This document shows, piece after piece, positions 45,144 through 54,703 of a DNA stretch of 54,814 nucleotides; position 1 is the stretch's first letter; each line of letters opens with the position of its first letter. The position numbers and the translations under genes are program-made. The DNA is taken from IMG/VR virus record IMGVR_UViG_3300008113_000099, positions 1 through 54,814 of that record; one strand, 5' to 3'. Under the pieces are notes generated by a model. It worked only from the letters and a program-made list of their open reading frames with translations. It was not told the DNA's origin and did not search any database. Source of the stretch: a virus. Its lineage: Duplodnaviria; Caudoviricetes.

Positions 45144-46787
45144 TTATTGTGTTGAGAGAACTACTTTGTCCACATTATAGCCAGAATATGAGTCTGAGCC
45201 TATAGATATGGAATCTGCAGATGTTGCTTCTGAAACCCTAGATGTAAGATGTTTATAATGTGAAATAGCCTTTGTAGACATATCATAATTATATATTCCT
45301 AGATGGGCAAAACTATTGTCTGATCCAATTAGTGTTCCAGTTTTTGACTGATTTAAATATACGGTATCTAATTGATCCTGAGAGAATGTTATGACAACAT
45401 GATGCCATACACCAATAGTAAATACATTTGACACTGATGTCTGGCTATATAAATTAACTCCATTTACATATATAGAGGATACATCTGTCTTGGTTATATT
45501 TCCTGCCCCTGACCAAGAATACCTTGATGTGCCACAATCTACAAGGCATGTCTGACCTAAAGCACTTGGCATAAACATAAACTCTATTGATCTTGCAGTT
45601 GTATCTATTATCTTTACCCCGCCAGATAGTGTCTTTATGCCATTCTCTAGAGACTGGCTTAGTATTGAATTAGAGTATTTGCCAACGTGATAGCTAAAGT
45701 CTGTATCCAAGAAGTAGAGGGTGTTATCGGATCTGAACTCTTTGCTGTCATAAGATATAAAATCCATTCCTGTAAATGCTGGGCTGGGTAGCGTAGATGA
45801 ATCTCTAGTTAAAGTAACTTTATAGTAAAGCATTCCTCCAGTAAAGTTGGGAATACTAGAATGATTGACTAAGGCAGTATATGTGCTGCTTCCGTCAGTA
45901 TTGTATGCAACATCTATTCCGCCTGAATCTCCATACCAGTCTATCTGATTATTTTCAATTGTTGTAATAAAAACAGAGTCTGTAAAGTATCCAGAATTTT
46001 TACCATCATTTAAAATTACATAGTTATCAAAAGCTTCGTTTACGTCTACCATTAAAGCTGTAGAGAATGATTTATTAGAGCCATAAGAAAATCCAGTTTT
46101 AACTGGCTTTATATTTTTAGAGAAACTAAAATATGAGGCATCATCAAGGCATATAATTTGGCCTGCGCTTTGATAAAGCGAATCTAAAACAATCTCTTCA
46201 TTTATATACATATTGTCAATTGCTTCGTTAAATACCTCTATCTTATCTATTAAGAGTATAGAGCTTGTGCCGCCTAATAAAAGGTTTATATCTGATGTAG
46301 CTTTAAATTCAAAAGTGGTTGGTAAAGAAAGGCTTGCTCTTACAACGCCATCGACAAATAACGACATTGACCTTTTAGAGTATACGGCTGCTATGTGATA
46401 TGAATTTCCAATTTCTGGAATCTTGTAAGATATTGAGTTTAGGTTATTAGAATAGTCAGATATAGTAAATACAATATTTGATTTAAATATGCTCAGCCCA
46501 ATATCATTAGAAGAGTTATATATAATATTTTCTGATGTCGTAAAGGTGTCGGTAGCCTTAATATAGAAAGATATTGAAAACTCTTCTTCTTCGTGAGTTC
46601 TTTTTGCTATTGGAACACCCTGTATTGTTAAAGAATTAGTTCCTGTAAATGGGATTGAATTCTTTGTTCTTGCGGTAAGTGGTGGTGTAGATATGAATGT
46701 TCCAGTTTTTTGTAATACTAAATTTTTTCCAGAGGTGTCAGAAAATGATTGCTGGGACTGATCAAACAGCACCTGTGCGATTTTCAT
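45144..46787 (-). CDS. Structural protein with two LamG/concanavalin A-like domains
   Basis: SYHIAAVYS...LFVDG; WHHVVITF; start reassigned to ATG 46787 (GGGGAG RBS). Confidence 0.75.
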   Translation of the reverse strand: MKIAQVLFDQSQQSFSDTSGKNLVLQKTGTFISTPPLTARTKNSIPFTGTNSLTIQGVPIAKRTHEEEEFSISFYIKATDTFTTSENIIYNSSNDIGLSIFKSNIVFTISDYSNNLNSISYKIPEIGNSYHIAAVYSKRSMSLFVDGVVRASLSLPTTFEFKATSDINLLLGGTSSILLIDKIEVFNEAIDNMYINEEIVLDSLYQSAGQIICLDDASYFSFSKNIKPVKTGFSYGSNKSFSTALMVDVNEAFDNYVILNDGKNSGYFTDSVFITTIENNQIDWYGDSGGIDVAYNTDGSSTYTALVNHSSIPNFTGGMLYYKVTLTRDSSTLPSPAFTGMDFISYDSKEFRSDNTLYFLDTDFSYHVGKYSNSILSQSLENGIKTLSGGVKIIDTTARSIEFMFMPSALGQTCLVDCGTSRYSWSGAGNITKTDVSSIYVNGVNLYSQTSVSNVFTIGVWHHVVITFSQDQLDTVYLNQSKTGTLIGSDNSFAHLGIYNYDMSTKAISHYKHLTSRVSEATSADSISIGSDSYSGYNVDKVVLSTQ

Positions 46788-46815
46788 TATTCTCCCCTTA
46801 CATAGCTTATCTTGG

Positions 46816-47151
46816 TTAGTTGGCAGTAATTGACACACCGCTGATTGTTGCATTAATCAGATTGGGTATGCTGCCAAAACCGTAGATTTTATCTCCTGCA
46901 TTTACAACTAGGGAGTGTGAAAGAGTAATTGTTTCATTTCCTTCAATAGAGTTAAGGGTATATATCTTTTGAGAATCTAATCCGTACTCTGTTCCATTTG
47001 GAACAACAGCAAATGAGAAGTAAAGAACTCCGCTGCTAGTATTTGTAACAATAAATTCTTTTACTAGACCTGCTGTAGAAAATGTTGAAAGTAACATTGG
47101 AACCGTAGTTAATGCTACAGGACCAGCAAATCTTGTTGGTATATATGCCAT
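46816..47151 (-). CDS. Small beta-sandwich structural protein (paralog of 52004-52321)
   Basis: Shared P.R, V(V/L)NAGD.I and ISGV motifs. Confidence 0.7.
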   Translation of the reverse strand: MAYIPTRFAGPVALTTVPMLLSTFSTAGLVKEFIVTNTSSGVLYFSFAVVPNGTEYGLDSQKIYTLNSIEGNETITLSHSLVVNAGDKIYGFGSIPNLINATISGVSITAN

Positions 47152-47161
47152 ATTTAATTTC

Positions 47162-47881
47162 CTAGCTAATTGTCCACTTTGAGATTAAGTCACGCTCTAC
47201 TTGGCCTGTCTCATAATCACTAAGTGTTCTGTTATAAATAATCATCTCTCCAAGATCAAACTGACCGTATGAAGTTAAATATCTTCCTATTGCCTGCCCT
47301 GTCATTCCCGCTAGTGAGCCAGCAGAAGATCCAAGTCCTACTACTTTGCCGTTACGTCTTACAACTCTTTCTAGAGTTCCTGCATTAAAAGATATTGCAT
47401 AAAGTTCTGGCTGGCCAGGAGTTTTTAGTGGAACAATTGTACTTGCGTCATCTCCGCCAAAAACAATTCTGTGTGTGTTTGCAGCTGTGTATCCAGAAGC
47501 TAGGTTTGCTCTTGTTCCAGCAGACTGTCCACCCAGTACAAATGAGTTTGATGTTTGAGCAGTTTTTGTTGCTACATAAAAAATTGTAAATGATGAAGCA
47601 GTAAGCCATGATAGGGTTTGATCTGCCATTAATAAAAACTGGTCTATGCCATTAAATCTAATGCATGGAAGAGAGTTAATTCCAGAGGAAACAAACGTAG
47701 GTCTGTTAGCTAATGTTGGCTGAGATAAGTGTCTTATGTATTGAGATCTATCTTCTACTACTGAAATCTTTTGATTAGCATCTCTTTGAATATTATCAAC
47801 AGCTGTTGCGTCAATCCACATGCTAAGTCCGAATTGGCTATATCTAGCTCTCTTATAAATAGATCTTTGATTGCTTAACAT
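47162..47881 (-). CDS. LamG/lectin-like domain protein
   Basis: MWIDA...DRS...RPTF...GINSLPCIRFNG...GEMIIYNRTLS...KW. Confidence 0.7.
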   Translation of the reverse strand: MLSNQRSIYKRARYSQFGLSMWIDATAVDNIQRDANQKISVVEDRSQYIRHLSQPTLANRPTFVSSGINSLPCIRFNGIDQFLLMADQTLSWLTASSFTIFYVATKTAQTSNSFVLGGQSAGTRANLASGYTAANTHRIVFGGDDASTIVPLKTPGQPELYAISFNAGTLERVVRRNGKVVGLGSSAGSLAGMTGQAIGRYLTSYGQFDLGEMIIYNRTLSDYETGQVERDLISKWTIS

Positions 47882-47882
47882 G

Positions 47883-48179
47883 CTATTCCCCCTGTAATGC
47901 TTCAAATGCAGCTAGTGCACTTTTATTTTCTGAGGCCTCCGCCTTAGTAAACTTTTCTGCAACTACGCAGTAAACTTTATCTTCTAAAATATATGGGTCA
48001 CAATATACTAATTTATGAGTCGTAGCTGTATGGTTAACATACTCCAAGGCAACGTGCATATCGTTGTCTTTCATAAATTCTTCGTCTGGTCCAGTTGGTG
48101 GAAATCCAGATGTAGGGAATAAGTCTTTTAGAGTGCCAAACTTCTCTATCTTATTGGCTTTAACAATTGCATAATACAT
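47883..48179 (-). CDS. Small fibre-associated / chaperone-like protein
   Basis: LFPTSGFP...PYI pattern; follows the 507-aa fibre-like gene. Confidence 0.55.
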   Translation of the reverse strand: MYYAIVKANKIEKFGTLKDLFPTSGFPPTGPDEEFMKDNDMHVALEYVNHTATTHKLVYCDPYILEDKVYCVVAEKFTKAEASENKSALAAFEALQGE

Positions 48180-48182
48180 CTT

Positions 48183-49706
48183 TTATCCATTCGTCCAAGA
48201 TGTTGGCTGCATTAATCCTGGATAGTTTGTAGATGTATATCTAGTATCAAAGCTATAAAGCATAGTGGTTGGGCGAAGATTAATTGTTGCACCATTTGCA
48301 ATTCCAGATGTTGTTGCATCTCTACCGAACTCAAAGATTCCGCCTAGATCTACAACGGATAATCTCATTCCAACGTTGCCGTCTGAATTTTCTGTTGAGT
48401 CATTAAACAAGAACTTGTCCTCGTTAAATGGTACCAACTGACATCCATTTCCCGTCTGAGTATATCTTCCAAAATAGAAGTTTCGTGGGTCTCTAGTATC
48501 ATTAAATACTACACACATTCCTGCGCCATAGTAGTAGTATGGTGAATATGAAGCTAACCAGTAGTTGTCCCATGTTATATTACTTCTAATTCCATATTGT
48601 ACACCCTGGTCCCAACCGTATGAGGTTGTGTTTCCAACTCCACCTCTAGTTGTTAACGTTCCAGTAGTTCCTGCAATGTTAGGAAGAAATGTTGCATAGT
48701 GAGTAATAGTATTTGGAACAAATCTTGATATACCGACATGCTCATTATCTGCCGCTGTTACACGTAGTCTATAACGTGACTCTGTATAGCTCTGTGAGCT
48801 ATTTTCCTGCCATTGAAAATCATTGTAGTAGTAGTAGACACCAGTTGTTGTAGCTGCTGGAGTTCCAGCAGTCTTAGCTTCTGATAAGAATAAGTGAAGA
48901 GTTCCGACATCGTGTGTTTCTGAGTTTAAATCTCTTCCTGTGTTTGTATTGCGCCAAATATGCATACGGTAATTATTAGATGCATCTTTAGCTTCAATAA
49001 CAATTAGCTTCTTCTGTCTTTGGTTATAAGAAGCTGATCCGTATGTAGTTCCGCCGAACCATGTTGCGTATGTTGCTGTATTTAAATTTAAATTTTCAAT
49101 ATAGTTTGATGCACCTCTAGGCATAATTTGAAGCTGAGCATCTGCTGATCTTAAAGACATTTGTTGTCTTAATCCACGGTTTCCAATTACTGTTCCAAAG
49201 TAAGGCATAAATGAATCCATAGTTCCACGGTTACGTGCCCAAATTCCTTCTGGACCAAAACCTCTTCCTGGAATATTACAGTACCAATCTCCGTCTTGCT
49301 GGTGCATTGGTGTTGCCCCAGACCAGCTGTTTGTTACGCCGTTTGATGACCAGTTGTTTGTTGTGTAGTTTTGTCCTGTGTAATCATTTTGAATTTCAAA
49401 GTCTGTAGAACCATTTGCTCCGCCAATTGGTTGCATTTCGCTATCATAAATAGTCCATCCTGGAGTATTATTATAATTTGCAAATGTTGCAAATGTAGGT
49501 AGGGGATACTTATTAGGAAGATCATTAACCTTTGTTCTAATTGAAGTAATTGTTGTGTTTACTGAGCTTAAGCCTGTTGAAAGGCTTGAGTTTAAAAGAA
49601 TATTCAGCATTGTTGGGCTAGCATTTAGAGCGGCATCCAAATTGGATACCATTGTGGCTCCAATGCCAGGAAGGTCTATTGATGTGCTGCTAGTTGAAAT
49701 TGCCAT
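48183..49706 (-). CDS. Aromatic/Asn-rich structural protein, putative receptor-binding (paralog of 50473-51978)
   Basis: Short helical N-terminus and beta-rich Y/W/N/G body; long motifs shared with the paralog. Confidence 0.65.
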   Translation of the reverse strand: MAISTSSTSIDLPGIGATMVSNLDAALNASPTMLNILLNSSLSTGLSSVNTTITSIRTKVNDLPNKYPLPTFATFANYNNTPGWTIYDSEMQPIGGANGSTDFEIQNDYTGQNYTTNNWSSNGVTNSWSGATPMHQQDGDWYCNIPGRGFGPEGIWARNRGTMDSFMPYFGTVIGNRGLRQQMSLRSADAQLQIMPRGASNYIENLNLNTATYATWFGGTTYGSASYNQRQKKLIVIEAKDASNNYRMHIWRNTNTGRDLNSETHDVGTLHLFLSEAKTAGTPAATTTGVYYYYNDFQWQENSSQSYTESRYRLRVTAADNEHVGISRFVPNTITHYATFLPNIAGTTGTLTTRGGVGNTTSYGWDQGVQYGIRSNITWDNYWLASYSPYYYYGAGMCVVFNDTRDPRNFYFGRYTQTGNGCQLVPFNEDKFLFNDSTENSDGNVGMRLSVVDLGGIFEFGRDATTSGIANGATINLRPTTMLYSFDTRYTSTNYPGLMQPTSWTNG

Positions 49707-49718
49707 TTATTACTCCTC

Positions 49719-50156
49719 TTATATCTTCAAATCAGAATATGCGTATGATCCGTAAACGGTTGTTCCGTTATTTCTTGTGTAAAAGTTTAGTACTGTTGTG
49801 TCAAGGGAAAGAACTGGAGAGATGTTTGAAGCTCCTCCGCCGTCCCAGATAACTGATGCTGGCCATGTCTGAACATAACTTCCACCAGATTTAATTTCTA
49901 ATTGCCAAAACTGTGCTGTATTTGCTGTTGCAGCAATATTTGAAAATGCTACTGTAAATGCTCCGCCTGCAACTACCTTAAATACATTTGATGTTGCTAG
50001 GTCTAGAGTCAAAGTTCCAGAAGTCTTTGTTCCAAGGTCTGTGAACTGAGAAGGAATATTAAAATAAGGGTTTCCTTGTCCATTGATGGGAGCCTGAACA
50101 TATGTGTATGTCCATAGGGCTGGCACTACGGAAGAAGGGGTCTGTGTTATTGGCAT
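49719..50156 (-). CDS. Fibre module protein
   Basis: TLDLATSNVF...FTVAFSN...TWPASVIW...FYTRNNGTT pattern common in phage fibre proteins. Confidence 0.65.
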   Translation of the reverse strand: MPITQTPSSVVPALWTYTYVQAPINGQGNPYFNIPSQFTDLGTKTSGTLTLDLATSNVFKVVAGGAFTVAFSNIAATANTAQFWQLEIKSGGSYVQTWPASVIWDGGGASNISPVLSLDTTVLNFYTRNNGTTVYGSYAYSDLKI

Positions 50157-50157
50157 A

Positions 50158-50454
50158 TTACTCGTTATCCTCTGCTGGGGCTACAGCCTGTAAAGGTGGA
50201 AGCTCAGGTGGAATGTTTGCCTCTATTTCATCCCCTGCTTCAACTGCAGCAATTACTGCTTCACGAGCTGCCATTGCTGTTTCATGATCAATTCTTCTTA
50301 CTTCGTCGTCAGATACGCCGTTGTACTTGTCAACGACTACTCCGTCCTTTAGCTCAAAACGGTGAGGTAGATCAGACTCAACTGGAATATCATATTCTCC
50401 ATTTTCAAGGAATTGACCTACAAATCCTTCACCTAGCATAAAGCTTATTTTCAT
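50158..50454 (-). CDS. Small acidic fibre-associated / chaperone-like protein
   Basis: Follows the 501-aa fibre-like gene; GGAG RBS. Confidence 0.55.
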   Translation of the reverse strand: MKISFMLGEGFVGQFLENGEYDIPVESDLPHRFELKDGVVVDKYNGVSDDEVRRIDHETAMAAREAVIAAVEAGDEIEANIPPELPPLQAVAPAEDNE

Positions 50455-50472
50455 TTTGTTCTCCCTATTCCT

Positions 50473-51978
50473 TTAAATATTTCTTGGCCAGCGTTGTACT
50501 GGCATTAGCCATGTATAGTTTGTGCTTGTGTACTTTGTATCAAAGATACCGTTCATTATATTCTTTGATACATCAATATTAGCACCATTAGCAATTGTAC
50601 CAGAAAGTGTTCTTCCATACTTTAATGGACCCTCTAGGTCTACAATAGCAAGTCTTTGTCCAGATGTTCCATCTGAGTTGGACACATGGTATGACCACAT
50701 AAATTTGTTCTTATCAAACGGAACCAGTGCACAACCATTGCTTGTATCTCCATATTGACCAGTAAAGTAATTTCTTGGATCTCTAGTATCAATAAAGAAT
50801 ACATTCATTCCAGAGCCGTAGTAATAGTATACATTATATGCTGCTACCCAGTAATTATCCCAAGTAATCATATGTCTAGCGCCATACTTTCCGCCTTGTT
50901 CAATACCATATGACGTTGTGTTTGAAATTGTATTAAATGCTGTGCTTAAAGTTGAAGACGCTGGGTTATATGTTGCATAATGAGTAATGTTAGAAGGTAC
51001 GAATCTTTGCATTCCTATAATTCCATTATCTCCTGCAACAAGACGCATTCTGTATCTTGATTCATTATAGTTTTGTGAAGAGTTTGCTTGCCACTGGAAG
51101 TCATAGAAGTTATATGAAGCTACTCCTCCGCCTACTGTAATTCCAGCTTTTGCCTCTGACACAAATCTATGGAGCATTCCAGCCTTGAAGTTTGATTGGT
51201 TAAATGATCTATTTGTTCCAGTGTTAATCCATCTATGTAGGCGGTAGTTGTTGCTTCCGTCTTTAGCTTCTATAACAATAAGTGTTCCTGTTCTTTCATT
51301 GTATGAATTCATGCCGTAGCTTGTTCCACCGAACCAGGTTGCATATGTAGTTGAGTTTAGATCAATTCCCTCAAGCCATCCATTCTGAACACCTCTAGGA
51401 TACACTCTTAATGTGCTATTGCTATTAAATAAAGAAATTTTTTGTCTCTTACCAGTGTTGCCAATTATAACTCCCCAGTAAGGCATGTTTGAATCCTGTC
51501 CGTCTGGATTCATTGCAAATCCTGGATTGTTGTATCCTTCGCTTACTCTAAAGTACCAGTGTGTATCTGCTTGGTAAAATGATGTTGATCCCATCCAATA
51601 GGATGTCCATCCGTTTGAACCAATGTTACCGTTTGTATAGTTTAATCCAGTCCAAGATGACCACATTTCAGCATTTGTATCTGGCTTGCCATTATATACT
51701 TCACGCATATCGCTATTGTAAATAGATACTCTTGGATCATTATTAAAGTTTGAGAATGTGGCAAAATATGGGAGTGGCTCTTTACCTGGCAAAGCATCTA
51801 CGTCTGCAGTAAGAACTGCTAACGCCGCATTAATCTCAGTTAACGATCCAGCATTTTGTAAGTTAGTTTGAATAGCAGCAACGGTTGCATTAGAGGCTAG
51901 AGTTGTTGTAAAGCTATCTGCAATAAGCTTATCAATACCTGGAATGATTAGCTGTATCGTGCTATTTGCTACTGCCAT
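50473..51978 (-). CDS. Aromatic/Asn-rich structural protein, putative receptor-binding (paralog of 48183-49706)
   Basis: Shares TYATWFGGT, IEAKD.SNNYR, ESRYR, ITHYAT, ITWDNYW, DTRDPRN, YTSTNY. Confidence 0.65.
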   Translation of the reverse strand: MAVANSTIQLIIPGIDKLIADSFTTTLASNATVAAIQTNLQNAGSLTEINAALAVLTADVDALPGKEPLPYFATFSNFNNDPRVSIYNSDMREVYNGKPDTNAEMWSSWTGLNYTNGNIGSNGWTSYWMGSTSFYQADTHWYFRVSEGYNNPGFAMNPDGQDSNMPYWGVIIGNTGKRQKISLFNSNSTLRVYPRGVQNGWLEGIDLNSTTYATWFGGTSYGMNSYNERTGTLIVIEAKDGSNNYRLHRWINTGTNRSFNQSNFKAGMLHRFVSEAKAGITVGGGVASYNFYDFQWQANSSQNYNESRYRMRLVAGDNGIIGMQRFVPSNITHYATYNPASSTLSTAFNTISNTTSYGIEQGGKYGARHMITWDNYWVAAYNVYYYYGSGMNVFFIDTRDPRNYFTGQYGDTSNGCALVPFDKNKFMWSYHVSNSDGTSGQRLAIVDLEGPLKYGRTLSGTIANGANIDVSKNIMNGIFDTKYTSTNYTWLMPVQRWPRNI

Positions 51979-52003
51979 TTAAATTTCTCCTAAATTTCTA
52001 TTA

Positions 52004-52321
52004 TTAGATATTTGTTACTTTTACGCCAGAGATGAACAAGCTTACTGCGCTTGCTACTGATGCTGATACTGTGATTGCATCTCCTGCGTTTAATACTTGC
52101 TTAAAATCAAGCACTGTGATTTGGCGTGGGGCCAAGTCTAGGTTCTTGAAGAATTCTGTTCCTGCAAAGCTCAGTGTGCACTGGTTTGCAACGTTTGTTA
52201 GATTAGCAATTGTAACTGATGTGATAACATCTGTTTCACCTGCTGGGCATGTCCAAATCTGTGTTGATGTGTTTGGTACTACGCCGCTGTATAGTCTTGC
52301 TGGTAAGCTAATTGTAGCCAT
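52004..52321 (-). CDS. Small beta-sandwich structural protein (paralog of 46816-47151)
   Basis: WTCPAG...ITSVTIAN...VLNAGDAI...ISGV. Confidence 0.7.
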   Translation of the reverse strand: MATISLPARLYSGVVPNTSTQIWTCPAGETDVITSVTIANLTNVANQCTLSFAGTEFFKNLDLAPRQITVLDFKQVLNAGDAITVSASVASAVSLFISGVKVTNI

Positions 52322-52322
52322 T

Positions 52323-52655
52323 TTATATTACTCCCATGTTTGCGTATAAAGTATAGTTGCTAATTGCTGCTGCGACGAGTGCTATCTGTGTTGTACCAGA
52401 TGTGTTTACTGCTGCAATCTGTGTTGCTCCAGCGGCAGTTACAAGGTTGACCTGACCTGCTGCAGCGCTCTGAACGCTTGTAATAGAGCTATTTGTTACT
52501 CCAATAATATCATTGACTCCGAGCAAGTTTCCTAGAGTCTCTAAAGCTTTTGCTAAGAATACTAGGTCCTGGGCATCAAGAGTTGAGCTTGTTAAAGCAT
52601 CAATCTTATTTTTGGCCAGTGTTACTTGGGTGCCAAGTGTTGAATAGTCAGTCAT
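52323..52655 (-). CDS. Helical adaptor-like protein (paralog of the N-terminus of 54023-54691)
   Basis: MTDYSTL...KIDALTS.TL.A...LG.LLGV.DI.G; own TGCTATAAT at 52681-52689. Confidence 0.7.
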   Translation of the reverse strand: MTDYSTLGTQVTLAKNKIDALTSSTLDAQDLVFLAKALETLGNLLGVNDIIGVTNSSITSVQSAAAGQVNLVTAAGATQIAAVNTSGTTQIALVAAAISNYTLYANMGVI

Positions 52656-52698
52656 TTTTTACTACCACCTCTTTGTATTAATTATAGCATGGCCGCTA

Positions 52699-53085
52699 TT
52701 ATTGCGGTTCTGCTGGGAACTGAGCTTCTGGATCATTACCTAATACTGATAAGTAATCACGAAGAGCCTGTCTGTATATTTCCCATTCAGCTTTTTTAGC
52801 ATCAGACAGAGGAGAAGACGCTAGCTGAGTCCAATCAGACTCGGATAACTTCTTATCTCTTTCAAATCTAGCATAAGCCATTGTTGCATCGTATTGAAGC
52901 TTTGCAACGTAGTCTTTATTTTGTTTTACGGTCATAGGTGAAACTTTTCCGTCCACTAATTTATAAAGCTTTCCTTCTATTTCTAGAGGTACTTTATACC
53001 AGCCTTCTCCTGGGTCTGATTCAAAAAGACTAGAGGAGGCTTGAATTCCCTCTTCTGTAAAAGTCATATATCTTGATTCTGACAT
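52699..53085 (-). CDS. Tail fibre assembly chaperone (Tfa-like)
   Basis: ERDKKLSESDWTQL..SPL...EWEIYRQALRD...FPAEP. Confidence 0.8.
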   Translation of the reverse strand: MSESRYMTFTEEGIQASSSLFESDPGEGWYKVPLEIEGKLYKLVDGKVSPMTVKQNKDYVAKLQYDATMAYARFERDKKLSESDWTQLASSPLSDAKKAEWEIYRQALRDYLSVLGNDPEAQFPAEPQ

Positions 53086-54023
53086 TATCTATCTCCAAAC
53101 ATCTGGGCTGTTCTATTCCATATCTTATATGATGTCTTAATATTAAATTGATTATCTTGATCGTTATATGTTGCCGCTGCATGTGTCATCTTTAAATCTG
53201 GCTGAACCCAGAAATCAGAAAATGTTGTGTGTAGATCGTAGAACATATTTGAATCTAGGTACCAAGCAACATAACCTGATTGCCAGTAGTACATTGTGTT
53301 TGTCTGTGTAACTGAGACTGTTGTTTTTGGAGGAATGGCAACGTTAAACGACCATTCGTAATAAGAGTTTCCGCCAGTTCTGTTTACTGGAACTGTCCAG
53401 TTAATATCGGTTACTGCGTTATAGGATCCATTTTGATTAGGTGTTCCAATACACACTCCAGAACCATCATGACCTGATGCCCAATAATTACTATAGTGGC
53501 CATACATTGTTACTGTTTTAGTTAATGAAGGATGATGATTTCTAAGGAACATTGTCTTAAGTCTAAATGGTGAGTATGCTGTGTTTCTATTGTGAGCAAT
53601 ATGAACGCTGTCATTTCCAACCATAGAGTTTTTAGCGTATACAATTTCACCATTTGCGTAGCCTGAGCTAGTTGCATAGCCTACGGTATTTTGTCTAGTA
53701 TTAGTTCCAAGGGAGAACCAGAATGCTCTTTCGCAGTCCGCTTGAGTTGTTCCAGTTAAATAATTATAATAGCTTGTCCAAGGATCTCCAGAAGACCAGA
53801 TCTGCCACCATGACTGGTTTCTTTCGTTAACAGTATTAATTGTTGGGATCATGTACGGGCGACGAGTTCCGTCAGTTACTTCTCTAAAAAGTCTTGACTC
53901 GGCATCAACAACTCCAAGTGAGGCTGGTGTAATACCAAGTGCTGTACCAGTAACACCAATAGTTGCTAGATCTGCTGCTTTGAGTCCTGATCCTAAAGTA
54001 AGAACCGAATTTAAATCTGGCAT
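53085..54023 (-). CDS. Trp/Tyr-rich structural protein, putative receptor-binding
   Basis: Precedes a Tfa-like chaperone; start reassigned to ATG 54023 (GGAGG RBS). Confidence 0.6.
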   Translation of the reverse strand: MPDLNSVLTLGSGLKAADLATIGVTGTALGITPASLGVVDAESRLFREVTDGTRRPYMIPTINTVNERNQSWWQIWSSGDPWTSYYNYLTGTTQADCERAFWFSLGTNTRQNTVGYATSSGYANGEIVYAKNSMVGNDSVHIAHNRNTAYSPFRLKTMFLRNHHPSLTKTVTMYGHYSNYWASGHDGSGVCIGTPNQNGSYNAVTDINWTVPVNRTGGNSYYEWSFNVAIPPKTTVSVTQTNTMYYWQSGYVAWYLDSNMFYDLHTTFSDFWVQPDLKMTHAAATYNDQDNQFNIKTSYKIWNRTAQMFGDR

Positions 54024-54691
54024 TAGATGATCCTCCATCCGTATGTTATGTTTGTGTATAATAATTTAATTCTTTTGCCATTAACGTTGAATACAAGATT
54101 TTCTGCTAGACCTTGAATTTTTTCTCCAGATCTATTAATTGTAAAGTTTGTTGTTGCTGCTGTTCCAGCAATATCTATAATTTCAACGACATCACCGATA
54201 GCAGGTCCAGGTGGTAATGTAATAACCTGTGTTGCAACTGGAACTACCATCAATCTATCTTTTGAAAATGATTGGTATGAGGTTCCAGTAATTATTTGCC
54301 ATGGGTTAAATGATGCTGCTGCAGCCTGTGCTGATGCTGTTGCAATTGCTGAAGATTGTGAGTTTATTTGTCCTTCAAGAGAGTTGGTTCTTGGCTCAAT
54401 GTTGTTATAAGATGCTTGTAGATTGGTATATTGAGTTTGCAGATTTGAGACTGCTGCTCCATTTGCTGTGCTATTAACAACATCTATTGCTGTATCTCTT
54501 GCGGTATTTACTTGTAATATTGCCGCTGCTGTTGCGCCAACAATATCTTTTACGCCTAGAAGTTCACCTAAAATTGTAAGAGACTCAGCAACGTACATGA
54601 TGCTTTCTGCTGTAAGAGTTTGAGATGTTAATCCGTCAATCTTAGATTTTAAGACTGCGATTTCATCATTGAGTGTGCTATAGTCTGGCAC
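54023..54691 (-). CDS. Fibre protein: helical N-terminus plus T4 gp34-proximal-like module
   Basis: C-terminal ITLPPGPAIGDVVEIIDIAG...TINRSGEKIQGLAENL...LLY...YGW. Confidence 0.7.
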   Translation of the reverse strand: MPDYSTLNDEIAVLKSKIDGLTSQTLTAESIMYVAESLTILGELLGVKDIVGATAAAILQVNTARDTAIDVVNSTANGAAVSNLQTQYTNLQASYNNIEPRTNSLEGQINSQSSAIATASAQAAAASFNPWQIITGTSYQSFSKDRLMVVPVATQVITLPPGPAIGDVVEIIDIAGTAATTNFTINRSGEKIQGLAENLVFNVNGKRIKLLYTNITYGWRII

Positions 54692-54703
54692 TTTTTCTCC
54701 CTT

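Noticed and set aside
48183-51978. Diversity-generating retroelement between the two paralogs
   Set aside because: No reverse transcriptase in the window; differences are spread throughout and not limited to adenines; both copies are full ORFs
764-52349. All plus-strand ORFs in the track, and short minus-strand ORFs nested within long genes (e.g. 7323-7640, 9832-10113, 21009-21266)
   Set aside because: They are shadows of strong minus-strand genes or the tRNA, with no RBS or recognisable motifs
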